Translations under genes and position numbers: made by a program
The notes under the pieces: model-generated
Told to the model about the DNA's origin: nothing
What the model saw: only the letters and a program-made list of their open reading frames with translations
The model's database searches: none
Assembly: GCA_951406725.2 (NCBI GenBank)
Contig: OX597818.1
Span: 63,426,001-63,490,000 of the forward strand
Source of the DNA: Octopus vulgaris
Taxonomy: Eukaryota
Direction of reading: 5' to 3'
DNA length: 64,000 nucleotides
Shown here: positions 42,690-54,489 of the stretch, one piece after another
Layout of the letters: the number at the start of each line of letters is the position of its first letter
Numbering within the stretch: position 1 is the stretch's first letter

Positions 42690-43822
42690 TCTTATAACTT
42701 CCGGTAAATTTGGTCGAAAAAATATGGGAAGGTCCGAGAATATACTAACTTACGGGATATTTCGTTGAAAACTGCATGGGAAATTCCGAGGATTTTCTAA
42801 TTTCCGGGGCGTTTGGTCGAAAAATTCATGGGAAGTTCCGAGGATATTCTAATTCTCGTGGGATATTGTCGAGAACTGAATGAGAAGTTCCGAGGACATT
42901 ACAACTTCCTGGAAATTTCGACGAAAATGTCATGGTAAGTTCCGAAGATATTCTAAGTTCCGGGAAATTTCGTCGAAAATTTCGTGGTTACGAGGATATT
43001 CTAACTTCCGGAAAAAATGGTCGAAAACTTAATGGGAAGTTGCGAGGGTATTCTAACTTCAGGGAAATTTCGTCGAAAATGCATGGAAAGTTTCGAGTAT
43101 TTTCTATTTTCCGGCAAATTTCGTTGAAAAATTCCTGGGAGGTTCCGGGGATTTTCTAAATTCCCAGTACGTTTTCGGCGAAATATCCCGGAAGTTGGAA
43201 GTCCTCAGAATTTCCCATGTAGTTTTCGACCAAATTCCCCTGGAGTTAGAAAATCCCATGCAGTTTTCGACGAATTTTCCCGGAAGTTACAATATCTTTG
43301 GAACTTCCCATGCATTTTCCGACTGATTTCCCAGGAAGTGAAAAAATCCTCGGAATTTCCCATGCATTTCGACGAAATTACCCGGAAGTTCGAAAATCCT
43401 CGAAACATTTCGAAGAAATTTCCCGGAAGTTAGAAAATCTTCGAAACTTCCCAATGACGTTTTCGACCAAATTTCGCTGAAGTTAGAAAATCCTCGAAAC
43501 TACACATATAGTTTTCGATGAAATATCCCGGAAGTAAGAAAATCATCGGAACTTTCCTGGTTGCTTTCGACGAAACTTCCCGGAACATAGAATATCCTCG
43601 TAACTTCCCAAGAATTTTTCGACGAAATCTCTCGGAAGTAAAAAAAAATCGTCGGAACTTCCGGAAATTTCCCGGAAGTTAGAAAATCCTCGGAAATTCC
43701 AGGGAAGTTTTCGACCAAATTTCCCGAATGTTAGGATATCCTCGGAACTTCCCAGGAAGTTTTTGACGAAATTTTCCGGAAGTTTCAAAATCATCGGAAC
43801 TTCCCATGAAGTATTCGGCGAA
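42690..43822. repeat. 52-bp unit minisatellite, ~9 units forward then ~13 units inverted (switch near 43160)
   Basis: Consensus ttctaacttccgggaaatttcgtcgaaaactgcatgggaagttccgaggata; period 52 (42999 to 43051). After ~43160 the units read as the reverse complement. Confidence 0.92.
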
Positions 43823-44806
43823 CAGCTACGGTCATTTTCTCGATCTCGTTTGGTGAACCGCTCCGTCATCTTATCGATTTGGTTTGGCGAACCGCTGTGT
43901 CATTTCAGCGATCTTTTTTGTTGAAACGCTAAGTCATTTTATCGATCTCCTTTGGCGAACCGCTAATTCAGTTCATCGATATCGATTGTCGAACCGCTAA
44001 GTCATTTTTTCGATCTCGTTTGGCGAATGCTCCGTCATTTTATCGAACTCATTTGGCTAACCACTATGTTATTTTGTGGTACACATTTGCGAACCGCTAC
44101 GTCATTTTATCGATGTTGTTTAGTGAAACGCTATGTCATTTTATCGATCTCGTTTGGTGTACTTCTATGTCATATTATCGATATCTTTGGGCGAAACGCT
44201 ACGTCATTTTATCGATCTCGTTTGGTGAACCGCTACGTCATTTTATCGATTTCGTTTGTCGAACCGCTCCGTCATTTTATCGACCTCGTTTGGCGAACCG
44301 CTAAGTCATTTTATCGATCTCGTTTGGCGAACCGCTATGTTATTTTGTCGATCTCATTTTGGGAAACGCTACGTCATTTTGTCGATCTCGTTTGGCGAAC
44401 ATCTAAGTCATTTTATTGACCTCTTTTGTTGAACCGCTATGTCATTTTATCGATCTCTTATGGCGAACGGCTAAGTCATTTAATCTAATTCGTTTGACGA
44501 ACTGCTAAATCATTTTATCGATCTCGTTTAGTGCACTTCTAAGTCATTTTATCGATCTCGTTTGACGAACCACTACGTCGTTTTATCGATCTTGTTTGGC
44601 GAGCCGCTAGGTCATTTTATCGATTATGTTTGTCGAACTGCTAAATCCTTTTGTCGATTTCGTTTGGTGAACCGCTATATCATTTTATCGATCTCGTTTG
44701 TCGTACCGCTAATTCGTTTTATCGATCTCGTTTAGCGGAACGCTATGTCATGTTATCGATCCTGTTTGTCGAACGGCTAAGTCTTTTTATCGATCCCGTT
44801 TGGCGA
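43820..44806. repeat. 34-bp unit minisatellite, ~29 copies
   Basis: Consensus gaaccgctaagtcattttatcgatctcgtttggc; period 34 (44295 to 44329); no unique spacers. Confidence 0.95.
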
Positions 44807-45989
44807 GAGAGAGAGAGTCCTTATAATGACATTTTGTGATATTTAGCAAAACTATATTAGGATGCCATCTGAATCTCATTTGGGATTCAGGCGACGACTA
44901 CATTTGTGAATTGCTGGTTTTTTTGCAGAGTACTTAATCAACCACAGGACTGTAGGCATTAAAATAACTCAGAATATGAGGTGTTGGCGTGATATAAATC
45001 AGATGAAACCGTATTAAGTTCGATAATTATTGAATATAGTTTGTTAGTTCCTCAATATCTACTCAGAAACTCCGTAGTATCTCTAACGATATTTAGGAGC
45101 TTATCTTTCTTGTGATTCATTGAAAAAAGTGCTTTGTGGCTAGTGACTCTGTTTGACTCTTATTTGTACAGTGCCAGTACAACTGAGTACTGTATGTAGT
45201 CTATAAATATCTATGGTGATAAATTGATAAAAAAGCATCTATTTTATTTATATATACCCGTATTTATCTATCTACTTCTCCTCTCTCTGATATAAATCGG
45301 ATTTAGATGGGTTTATCACCTGCTAAAAGATTCCACTGTAATTACAGTTATCTCCCTTTCGGAATATGGAAACAGTAACTTTTATGTAGTTTTTATATGA
45401 TTAATTACAAGCTAACAATATTTATTTCGGTCATTGTGACTAAGCAAACGAATTTTTTTTTTAATGAGAAGAAGCATCTCACAATTAAAACTACATTAAA
45501 TATCAGAAAACAGATGAAAGTAGCATTTAATATAGGATTGGTATTTCTTATTGTATAAGTAGAAACTGACTTAAAATACGGCCAGATTTGGTTTTTGTAC
45601 TTTTATCGGTGAAGCGCTGACTAAATATGCAAAATTCAATAAAATATTGGATAATAACTTTATCGTTATCGATATCATTAACATCCTCAAAAGCGCCAAT
45701 GAACATTATATAGAAATATATAACGGTATATCAGGTAACGGAGAGTACGTTTACACATTGATGCTTGAGGGTGAGGTGTAATCTATACATACACTTACAC
45801 ACATACACATATACACACATATACAAACATACATACATATCTCACTCTCTCTATATATATATGTAAAAAATTTAGATTCAGATGAATATGATACTTAAGT
45901 TGAAGCACCAGAATTTAGCATAGTATTATCCATACAATTTCAAAATGAGCTGATTAAAAAGAAAATAAGCAACAAGGATTTCCAGCAAA

Positions 45990-46081
45990 TGCAGTACGAT
46001 CGTTTCATACGATTCCATTTAATTGAACAATACAATTATTTCATTACATCAAGTTAAAATGTAGAGCAGTCTTCAACTGCA
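45990..46081 (-). ncRNA. Type I hammerhead-like fold within a PLE-derived repeat (~45862-46440, family H3)
   Basis: Minus strand: UGCAG-UUGAAGA-(long stem II)-GAAACGAUCGUA-CUGCA. Five-bp stem I, palindromic ACGAUCGU, GUA triplet, C3U change. Confidence 0.55.
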
Positions 46082-46453
46082 AAAAGATATAGAATTTAAT
46101 TAAATTAGGACACATTAGTATAATTTTACCAAAACGCTTCAAGAGATTTTACGTAAAATCTCAAAAACAAACTAAAAAGAATAAATAATTTCAAGGTCGC
46201 ACGCAGTTTCTCTATTTCATGCATCAAGAATAAAGAAACAGGGAAGAAGCACTGCAAAAAAAGACGAATAACATGGCAGTACGATTTTATTCGACAATAC
46301 CGGTTGGCAGACGGATGCCTGAGGATTGCTTCAAGTGGATTCTAGCGGCGGAAGCCCGTACCGCAAAGTGCTTGTCCCACAGTGAGCATTTCTTATTACC
46401 TTTGCGATACCTCCTCGTATATGTATATTCATAAGTGTGTCTGAATATATATA

Positions 46454-46741
46454 TCACGTGATCACGTGACCGACCGGTCCATCAGATGTAGTTACACATC
46501 GCTGGTCACAATGCGTTCGCATTGTTTTAGCCTTCAAATGCTAAGCGAGCAGGCCAACAGAAGAAAGATAGGGAGAAGGAGTGAGGAAATAGTACAGCAG
46601 GGATCACCACCCCCTGCTGGAGCCTCGTGGGGCTTTTAGTTGTTTTCGCTCAATAAACTCTCACAACGCCCGTTCTGGGAATCGAAACCGCGATCCTACG
46701 ACCGCGAGTCCGCTGCCCTAACCACTAGGCCATTGTGCCTC

Positions 46742-46744
<3 letters not shown>
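46454..46744 (-). mobile_element. SINE family A head with an alternative tail ending in (tcacgtga)n
   Basis: 46590-46744 matches the family A head; 46454-46560 is unrelated to the usual family A tail. Confidence 0.85.
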
Positions 46745-46836
<92 letters not shown>

Positions 46837-46843
46837 GTATGTG

Positions 46844-46909
<66 letters not shown>

Positions 46910-46918
<9 letters not shown>

Positions 46919-47110
46919 AAAAGAACGAAGAGCAAACACTTAAAAAACCAACGTAAGGACGTAGTACAGGTAAAGTATTAGCAGCCGTTCAAGGAAGGAA
47001 AGAAATATGGTTTGATGTTTCGAGCAAAGCTCTTCTTCAGAAACAGGAAAGTCCCATAGAAAACGAAGACGACTGAAGAAAAATTGCCAACGATTCACAT
47101 TTAGTTACAT
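46910..47110 (-). mobile_element. H1-related hammerhead-bearing repeat
   Basis: Minus strand GUUU-CUGAAGA-A-GAGC UUU GCUC-GAAACAUC-AAAC (47010-47044); flanked by (TA)n. Confidence 0.7.
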
Positions 47111-47155
47111 TATACATATATCTATATCTATACACATACACACACACACACACAT

Positions 47156-47186
<31 letters not shown>

Positions 47187-47327
47187 CATATATAAATATA
47201 TATAAATGTATAATATATATATGTATATATATATATATATATACATATACACACAAGTATATATATATATATATATATGTGTGTGTATATATATGCATAT
47301 ATATATGTATATATATATATACATATA

Positions 47328-49395
47328 CTTTGATACTTTGATACTTTGATAGGTTTCGGCCATTATTGGCCCAGGCCATGTCTAACTTAATAGCACCACC
47401 TGGTGAAGTCTTTCAAGTCAGAATTTGGGCACTATGGCCCACTCAAGTAGAGAGTTATTGTTTACAGAGACATATCCGGGTGTAGGGGGTTTATCCGGGA
47501 TTTCTTGAAGGAATCTGTCCAAAGACTTCTTGAACCCTATAGGGTCAGTTTCTGTTTTAATGTGTTTTGGTGTAATGTTAAAGAGAGCGGGGCCAATTGA
47601 GGTGAAATAATTGTGCCGTATTGTTGTTATGAGATGAGAGTGCGATTTTTGTTTTGGGCGGATGGCACGGGGCCCAAGCCTTGGATGTACCTTAAAGGTG
47701 ATGCCAACATCATTTGGGCAATGCTGATGGAATATTTTCCACATCATGCAGATGATGTAGCGCTCACGACGACGTTGGAGAGAATAGAGTTTTAGCTTTT
47801 CTAGTCGACCCCAATAGTCGAGGCCTGTCATGCCATCTATCTTTTTTGTGATTGCCCTTTGAGGTGCTTCGACTTTTTTGATACCTTGTATTGTGTGGGG
47901 AGACCACAGTGGACAACAGTATTCAAGGTGGGGTCGGGCAAAAGTGGAGAAGAGAAGGATAATGGTGTGGATATCTCTCGACTGGAAAGTTCTGAGAATC
48001 CAGGAACACATTCTGCGGGCCATGTCAACTTTGGTGTTTATATGAGTGGCCCAGCTTACGTTGTTGTCCACAATTACTCCCAAGTCTCTGATGTTGTTGG
48101 ACGCCGCGAGAGTTTCACCTGAAGGAAGGGAGTATGGGAGTTTCAGGGCATCCTCTTTTCCAAAGTGGATTAGCTCAAATTTATCCTCGTTCAGCAGCAT
48201 ATTGTTTTTTTCTGCCCATTGGATAACAGCCAGTAGATCTGACTGAAGGCATGTCCGGTCACTCGCCTCATTTATGACCTTCTGTAGCTTGGAGTCATCT
48301 GCAAAGATTTTTATGTTGCTGTGCTTGATGATGTCATTAATGTCATTAATGTAAATGATGAAAAGAAGTGGGCCCAGCACAGTGCCTTGCGGAACGCCAC
48401 TACTGACTTTGGCTGGGCTTGATTTTACCCCTTCAACTACAACATGTTGAGATCTGTCTGTCAGGAAACACTTAATCCATTTCAGTAACTTTCCAGAGAC
48501 ACCAATGTTGGATAGTTTTTTCAATAGGATCTTGTGATCGACCCTGTCGAAGGCCTTACTGAAATCAAGGTAGATGACATCGGTGTTGGAGCCCTCTCCC
48601 AAAGCTCTCAAAATGTCCTCAAAGTGATGCAGGAGCTGCGTTAGGCAGTCCCTTCCATTACGGAACCCATGTTGGTTGGAGATCAGCCGTCTGTTGCTTT
48701 CCAGAAATTGGGTTATTTGAGATCTCACCACCCTCTCAAATACCTTGATGATATGAGAGGTGAGTGAGATCGGACGGTAATTCACTGCAAGGGACTTGTT
48801 TCCCTTTTTGAAAACTGGGACAACAGACTGGGACAGAAGGTTTTTTGGAATATAGCCAGCATCCAGTGAGTTTCTCCACAGATTAGCAAGGGGAGATGCA
48901 AGTTGGTGTCGACACACCTTCAGGACACAAGCAGGGAACCTATCGGGGCCTACTGCTGAATTGTGTTTTATTTCGTTTATCGCCGCTAAGACATCAGGGG
49001 CACTAAACGTTATGTCCGATATAGTGTGTTGGGGGTTGACATCACTGATACAGCCCAGATCGGCCATATCAGGATTGCTGAAAACAGAGCAGTATTGTTT
49101 CTGCAGTATCTCGGCCATGGATTTGGCATTATCTTGGAGAGTGCCAGTTTCGTCAATTAGAGGGCCTACAGTGGAGACAGTGACCCTGCGTTTCCTCGCA
49201 AATGAAAAGAACACTTTGGGGTTGAGTTTGATTTTTTCAATGGCCCACTTCTCCTCAGCTGATCTTTGGTTATTGATGAGGGACTTCATGCATTGTTGGA
49301 GGTTATATTTTTTGGATTCAAGCAGTGCGATAGCCGTCGAATGTGTGTGTTGCTGTTGGCAGTACTTTAGTTTGTTAATTTTTTTGTTTGTTATA
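47328..49395 (-). mobile_element. 5'-truncated CR1/L2-group LINE inserted in TA-rich sequence
   Basis: Contains the RT ORF, a short 3' UTR ending in a ggcc-aataat-ggcc-gaaac hairpin and a (tatcaaag)n tail. Confidence 0.92.
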
Positions 49396-49433
49396 TGTAT
49401 ATAATTTCGATATACATTTCTACATATATACAT
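47418..49433 (-). CDS. LINE ORF2 reverse transcriptase (5' truncated; first ~14 codons come from flanking DNA; no endonuclease)
   Basis: YRPISLTS, QHGFR, YLDFSKAFDRV, GVPQGTVLGPLLF, FADD and RPHLEYCCPLWSP motifs; open to a natural stop. Confidence 0.93.
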   Translation of the reverse strand: MYICRNVYRNYIHITNKKINKLKYCQQQHTHSTAIALLESKKYNLQQCMKSLINNQRSAEEKWAIEKIKLNPKVFFSFARKRRVTVSTVGPLIDETGTLQDNAKSMAEILQKQYCSVFSNPDMADLGCISDVNPQHTISDITFSAPDVLAAINEIKHNSAVGPDRFPACVLKVCRHQLASPLANLWRNSLDAGYIPKNLLSQSVVPVFKKGNKSLAVNYRPISLTSHIIKVFERVVRSQITQFLESNRRLISNQHGFRNGRDCLTQLLHHFEDILRALGEGSNTDVIYLDFSKAFDRVDHKILLKKLSNIGVSGKLLKWIKCFLTDRSQHVVVEGVKSSPAKVSSGVPQGTVLGPLLFIIYINDINDIIKHSNIKIFADDSKLQKVINEASDRTCLQSDLLAVIQWAEKNNMLLNEDKFELIHFGKEDALKLPYSLPSGETLAASNNIRDLGVIVDNNVSWATHINTKVDMARRMCSWILRTFQSRDIHTIILLFSTFARPHLEYCCPLWSPHTIQGIKKVEAPQRAITKKIDGMTGLDYWGRLEKLKLYSLQRRRERYIICMMWKIFHQHCPNDVGITFKVHPRLGPRAIRPKQKSHSHLITTIRHNYFTSIGPALFNITPKHIKTETDPIGFKKSLDRFLQEIPDKPPTPGYVSVNNNSLLEWAIVPKF

Positions 49434-50077
49434 TTGTGTGAGAATATGTAAGCATGTAAACTGATATACGGATATGTATATCTACAATTATGTACACACA
49501 TCTACTTATGTATATTTATATACGTCTACACAAAAAGATAGTGGATAGAATTTTTAAAATGATGAATTTTATGAGTGGCTATATATCAAATACACATATC
49601 TGGAGGTTGACCGTGAAATTCGATGAGTATATATTTCTATGTCCTGGCATTTTGCGCGTGCTTTTCTGAGGGTATGTATATATATTTTCATTCATTTTGC
49701 TCAGCATGTTTTGCTGATGAACTAAAAGTTATTAAACTATCCAGGTATTGATTAGTCCAAAACTATCTAAATTATGAATATTCAGTCAATCTGCTAACTC
49801 ACTTTCCACCTGTGTATATGTAAAGTGAATGTTTGTAGTGGGTGGACGTATTTGACGTCTATTTTAAGAATATAGGCAGTTCTCAGACTGGATTAATCGC
49901 CTAGTTTGAAACGTGAAACAATGTGCGTAGGTATCTAAGGAAACAAGATCTGACATTTGGTATTGAACTATTAATAAAAATAAAAGACAGGTACATGTTT
50001 CCGAACTGCGTGAAAATACAATCCACACCCTCAAAAATTAAAAAAATTGAAAACCATCAGAGTTTATTATACATGTG

Positions 50078-50131
<54 letters not shown>

Positions 50132-50148
50132 TATATATATATATATAT

Positions 50149-50553
50149 ACTCTCTCATTACTCTTTTACTTGTGTCAGTCTTTTGACTGCGGCCATGCTG
50201 GAGCACCGCCTTTTAGTCGAGCAAATCGACCCCGGGACTTATTCTTTGTAAGCCCAGTTTCGGTGTCTTTTGCCGAACCGCTAAGTGACGGGGACGTAAA
50301 CACACCAGCATCAGTTGTCAAGCAATGCTAGGGGAACAAACACAGACACACAAACACACACACACACTTATATATATATATACATATATACGACAGGCTT
50401 CTTTTAGTTTCCGTTTAGCAAATCCACTCACAAGGCATTGGTCGGCCCGGGGCTATAGCAGATGACACTTGCCCAAGATGACACGCAGTGGGACTGAACC
50501 CGGAACCATGTGGTTGGTTAGCAAGCTACTTACCACACAGCCACTCCTGCGCC
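50149..50553 (-). mobile_element. tRNA-derived SINE, family C
   Basis: Near-identical to 21746-22175. Confidence 0.92.
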
Positions 50554-50833
50554 TTCCTATACTTAACATATATATATATATATATATATATTCTATAATT
50601 ATAAACAATTATAATTTACGTACCCAAAAAGTGTGTTACTATCTGGGAGATATTTACGGTATTTTAACTCCTATTTCTAAATTCGGTGCGTGGTAAAGCA
50701 ACTAGAAGACCCCTAATTATAATTATGTTTATAATTATAGACTATTTATATAATATTGCCTAAAAAGATTATTTTAACGTATCGATCTACTTGGTAAAAT
50801 TATTAATTATTATTTAATTGTACCCTAATATGA

Positions 50834-50933
<100 letters not shown>

Positions 50934-51184
50934 ATATATTCTGTTGTCTTTAGTGCCTTATAATTTAACACACTCACTAGTAAAATGTTTACTTATTCCT
51001 TTTATATTTTTTCTAAAAGTTTCGTTGTATCTTGCAACCTTTTCAAAGCTACTGAAATATTACGGTAAAAGATAAGAGAGTAGGAAGAACCCTCCATGCT
51101 TTCGAAGATATTTATTGAGTTAATGTGCGTTTGTGCGTATGTATGTGCTTGTGTGTATGTGTGTATGTGTGTCTCTATGCAAAA

Positions 51185-51420
51185 AGATTGAGACATTCTT
51201 AATACATATCCGTAATATCGGAGCCATGCTCTCTCAATTAGCGTATCTGTTTGGATTACCACTCTGATCTACGATCTACACCCTCTATCGAGAAATGGTA
51301 CACGAGAGACTCTTTGGAGAAGCACCATCATAGTCGATTGTATTGTTGAACGTATTCTTTTGGTCATCATTCAAGATTGACGGTCATTGGTAAAGGCAGG
51401 TAAGAACATCAAATTTAAGG
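51185..51420 (-). pseudogene. Possible RTE-clade LINE C-terminal relic
   Basis: ERAWLRYYGYVLRM resembles the RTE motif RLRWxGHVxRM; otherwise very decayed. Confidence 0.35.
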
Positions 51421-52119
51421 CATTCGTTTTAAATCTATCTTCCTTCTTCTAATGACCGTATGTTGAAGCTGTCGCGTTGCTGCATTACCACCTGTAATTT
51501 TTGCACTGGTTTCAACTTCTTTCCTTCCAACTCTCGTAGAAATGGCCCCGAGAGGATTGATCTGCTCCCACCTCGGTTGAAATCAACTTAACTATAGGGA
51601 GCTCCACACTGGCTTCCTTGAGATGAAAGTCACAGTCTTCAGAGCCCTAATTTTTCACTCCTGTCGAGCAGCACTCGGAAACAAGTCTATCAAATGCATG
51701 TCGGACACCATCTTCTGATAAATGGCGTAGTATCCTGTGGGCTGAAATCTCCAGCTGATTGGTACCAATTCCAACCGGCTGTGCGTGTCAGTCTTGTTCA
51801 TTCGTACATAACAACTAAATAAGTACTGAAGTACGTAAACACATTTAGTTATAAGTCCGATAGTAGACGCTGAGCATAAAGTCTAAATGTTTGAAAGCTT
51901 CGCTAAATTAGATTGAATGACACATAGTAGTTATAAGTAAATAACTAAATAAGGTAGATATCGATTCATGGTGAGAAATGTTTTAAAATGTCTGCAAAAT
52001 TTGACTGCTTCTTCTCAGAAGATTTATATCTTAGGCACCTTACTACAGAGATAGCGTTGAGCTCGGCCATCTTGATATGGTATTCCCGTTTTAATAATGG
52101 AACGATTAATAATGCTATT

Positions 52120-52421
52120 GTGGAGGCGCATGGCTTAGTATTTAGAGCAGCGAACTCGCGGTCGAGGGATCACTGGATCGTATCACAGACCGAGTGATGC
52201 ATGTGTTTATGAGCGAAACACCTAAGCTCCACGCGGCTCCGGGAGAAGGTAATGGCGAACTTCTGCTGACTCTTTCGCCACAGCTTTCTCTCACCTTTTC
52301 CCACTGCATTTTGCTGCTCACCTGCGACGATCAGGCGTCCCGTCCAGGTGGAGAACCTATACGGCAAGGAAACCAGGAAACCGGCCCTTATGAGCCAGGC
52401 GTGGCTCGAGAAGGAACAAAC
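52120..52421 (+). mobile_element. Chimeric SINE: family A-like head with family D-like 3' domain
   Basis: gtggaggcgcatggcttagt head and gagcgaaacacctaagctccacg, then ctgcgacga...ggcgtcccgtccagg...gaaaccaggaaaccggccc. Probable TSD aataatgctatt/aataacgccatt. Confidence 0.8.
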
Positions 52422-53629
52422 AATAACGCCATTAATTTTTCTATTCTTAAGATAGTGCTTATGAGTAGTTAATGATAGGAAATGATACGTTTAGTAGAGA
52501 AAACTAAACTAATGTGGAATATAATTTCTCTCATAAAGTCGACAGAATGTGGGATAAATATTTTATTCAGTTATTCTAGTATTAAACCTATCCAGATGTC
52601 GTGAATTTTGTTGCTTAATATAATAGGTACATTTACGTAATAGTTTCTAAGAGTAGATATTCACAGAGAATCTACGGATTATTCTGTTATTCCATCACTT
52701 TTTATCTTGTATTAAATATCAATTATCGTTACACCAGTCATTGTTACAATCCCTATTGATAGTTAAACTATTATTTATATTGCAGGAACAAAACGTAGGA
52801 CCTAATATGCTGCTATTCGTGTTATGGCTATGAAGACTCCGCTTTTGTTTAGCGAAAGCAAATATAACCATCATTAAGATCTAAATGAATGGCGACATTA
52901 ATATCTCTCATTCCATTACTATAATTATAGCTCTATAGAATTGCTGCTCTCAATACTATCTCCAGTATTAGTTCCGCTAATTTGTTCACCATTATTTTAA
53001 ATATTAGTAATATTTGTATTATGACCATCAGCAGAAGTGGTAAGCGAATCCGAAATAGCAAAAGCGTCAGTATTTGCACAACCATTTTCAAATTGAGAAG
53101 CCTTCCTGTGAACTTATTTAATTAATAAGGTAACATGATGGGTGGTTTGTATTATCAGCGAAACGTATGCTATTCCTCACACAAGTATTACACTGTTTCT
53201 CTACTCGTCATTCAAATTAAATTTACTTCCCGAATTTGAGAAATTGTTATAGATACGATGGGTGTTCATGGTTATCCTGTAATTGCTATAAAGCCCGCAC
53301 TTGATATTATGTTTCCTGTTCTTATTATAAAGTCATAGAGAATATCAAAACCGGACACTGGTTCAGAATTGCGGTATTTTAAGCAGAAACTGAAGCTTTC
53401 TAAATTGCGGCACAAAATAAGATTCCCTCTACAAGAAAACACCAATGGCATAATTGACCAGAATGCAAGTAGTTAAAGGATATGTAATGGTGGGAAAAAA
53501 CATTAAATCTTATCGTCTGTAAATGTCCAGCCTTGACCATACAGGAATATATCCACACACGAGTGAGTTGTGACTTCGACCGGAAATTGTGCCAGCATTA
53601 TTAAATGCCAGAGAGATCATCGGACTTTC

Positions 53630-54125
53630 AGCTTCACAGAATGCATCAAACAGGAAGATTGTATCATCAAGTTTTGCCAAACGTTTTATGATCATCACTG
53701 GGAAAAAAGCCATTCTGAAGATTTAGCACATCTTTGTTGATGATGCCGTGGACAAAATCCCATGTCAAAATGAGGTACAATCGCTACAACTTGTCTCTAC
53801 ATTGGTGGAGAAGAAGACATACTCAGGCAGGCTTTTTATAAGTCGAAAGTTGGAGCAGATTGAGAATATTCGGCCAAAAGTCATGGAAGATCGTCGTGGA
53901 GTATGCAGGCAATCATGAAAGACAGTCGTGTAATACCACACTGTGGAAATAAGCAGAGTATCACTACTTTCCATTTTAAATGAGGATTTGTAAACGCAGG
54001 GAGCGTCGGCGAAATTCGTTCCCAAAGTGCTGGTGGAGGAGGAAAATCAACCCCGCATGGAACTCTATCAGGGCATGCAGGACTGTGCAAGCCACGGCTC
54101 AAACTTCGGGGAGACCATCATCATT
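53630..54125 (+). pseudogene. Mariner transposase N-terminal relic, truncated by an H1 repeat
   Basis: CIIKFC, SGRL..SR...IENIR.KV.EDRR, SILNEDL, SAKFVPKVL...R.E..Q.M.D......NF..TII. Stops just before the TGDE motif. Confidence 0.75.
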
Positions 54126-54287
54126 ATTATTTTTTCTCTCTGTTTATTTCTGTGTTCTATTCAGTTGAACACCATAGGATCGAAACAAAAGATTTTCTCA
54201 CTTCCCGGGCGTTAAACTAATGCATCTGTTTGTTGTTTACACACCCGTCTTCGTCTTTTGTTTTGTTTGTTTTTTGTAAATTCCAAT

Positions 54288-54292
<5 letters not shown>
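54125..54292 (+). mobile_element. H1 repeat (decayed core)
   Basis: ttttctctctgtttatttctgtgttc...taggatcgaaac...ctgtttgttgtttacacacccgtcttcgtcttttg. Confidence 0.7.
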
Positions 54293-54344
<52 letters not shown>

Positions 54345-54409
54345 GTATATATATATGTATACATATATATATATATAGTCTATGTATATACATATATATA
54401 CATATACAT

Positions 54410-54489
<80 letters not shown>

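Noticed and set aside
42690-44806. CRISPR-like appearance of the 34-bp and 52-bp repeats
   Set aside because: Units are head-to-tail with no unique spacers, no cas genes are present, and the context is eukaryotic.
49712-49745. ctgatga motif as another hammerhead
   Set aside because: No GAAA core or pairing stem I could be identified.
52775-52860. Possible host exon after a ttgcag acceptor
   Set aside because: No convincing frame, donor or recognisable protein. Small host exons elsewhere cannot be excluded without RNA-seq.
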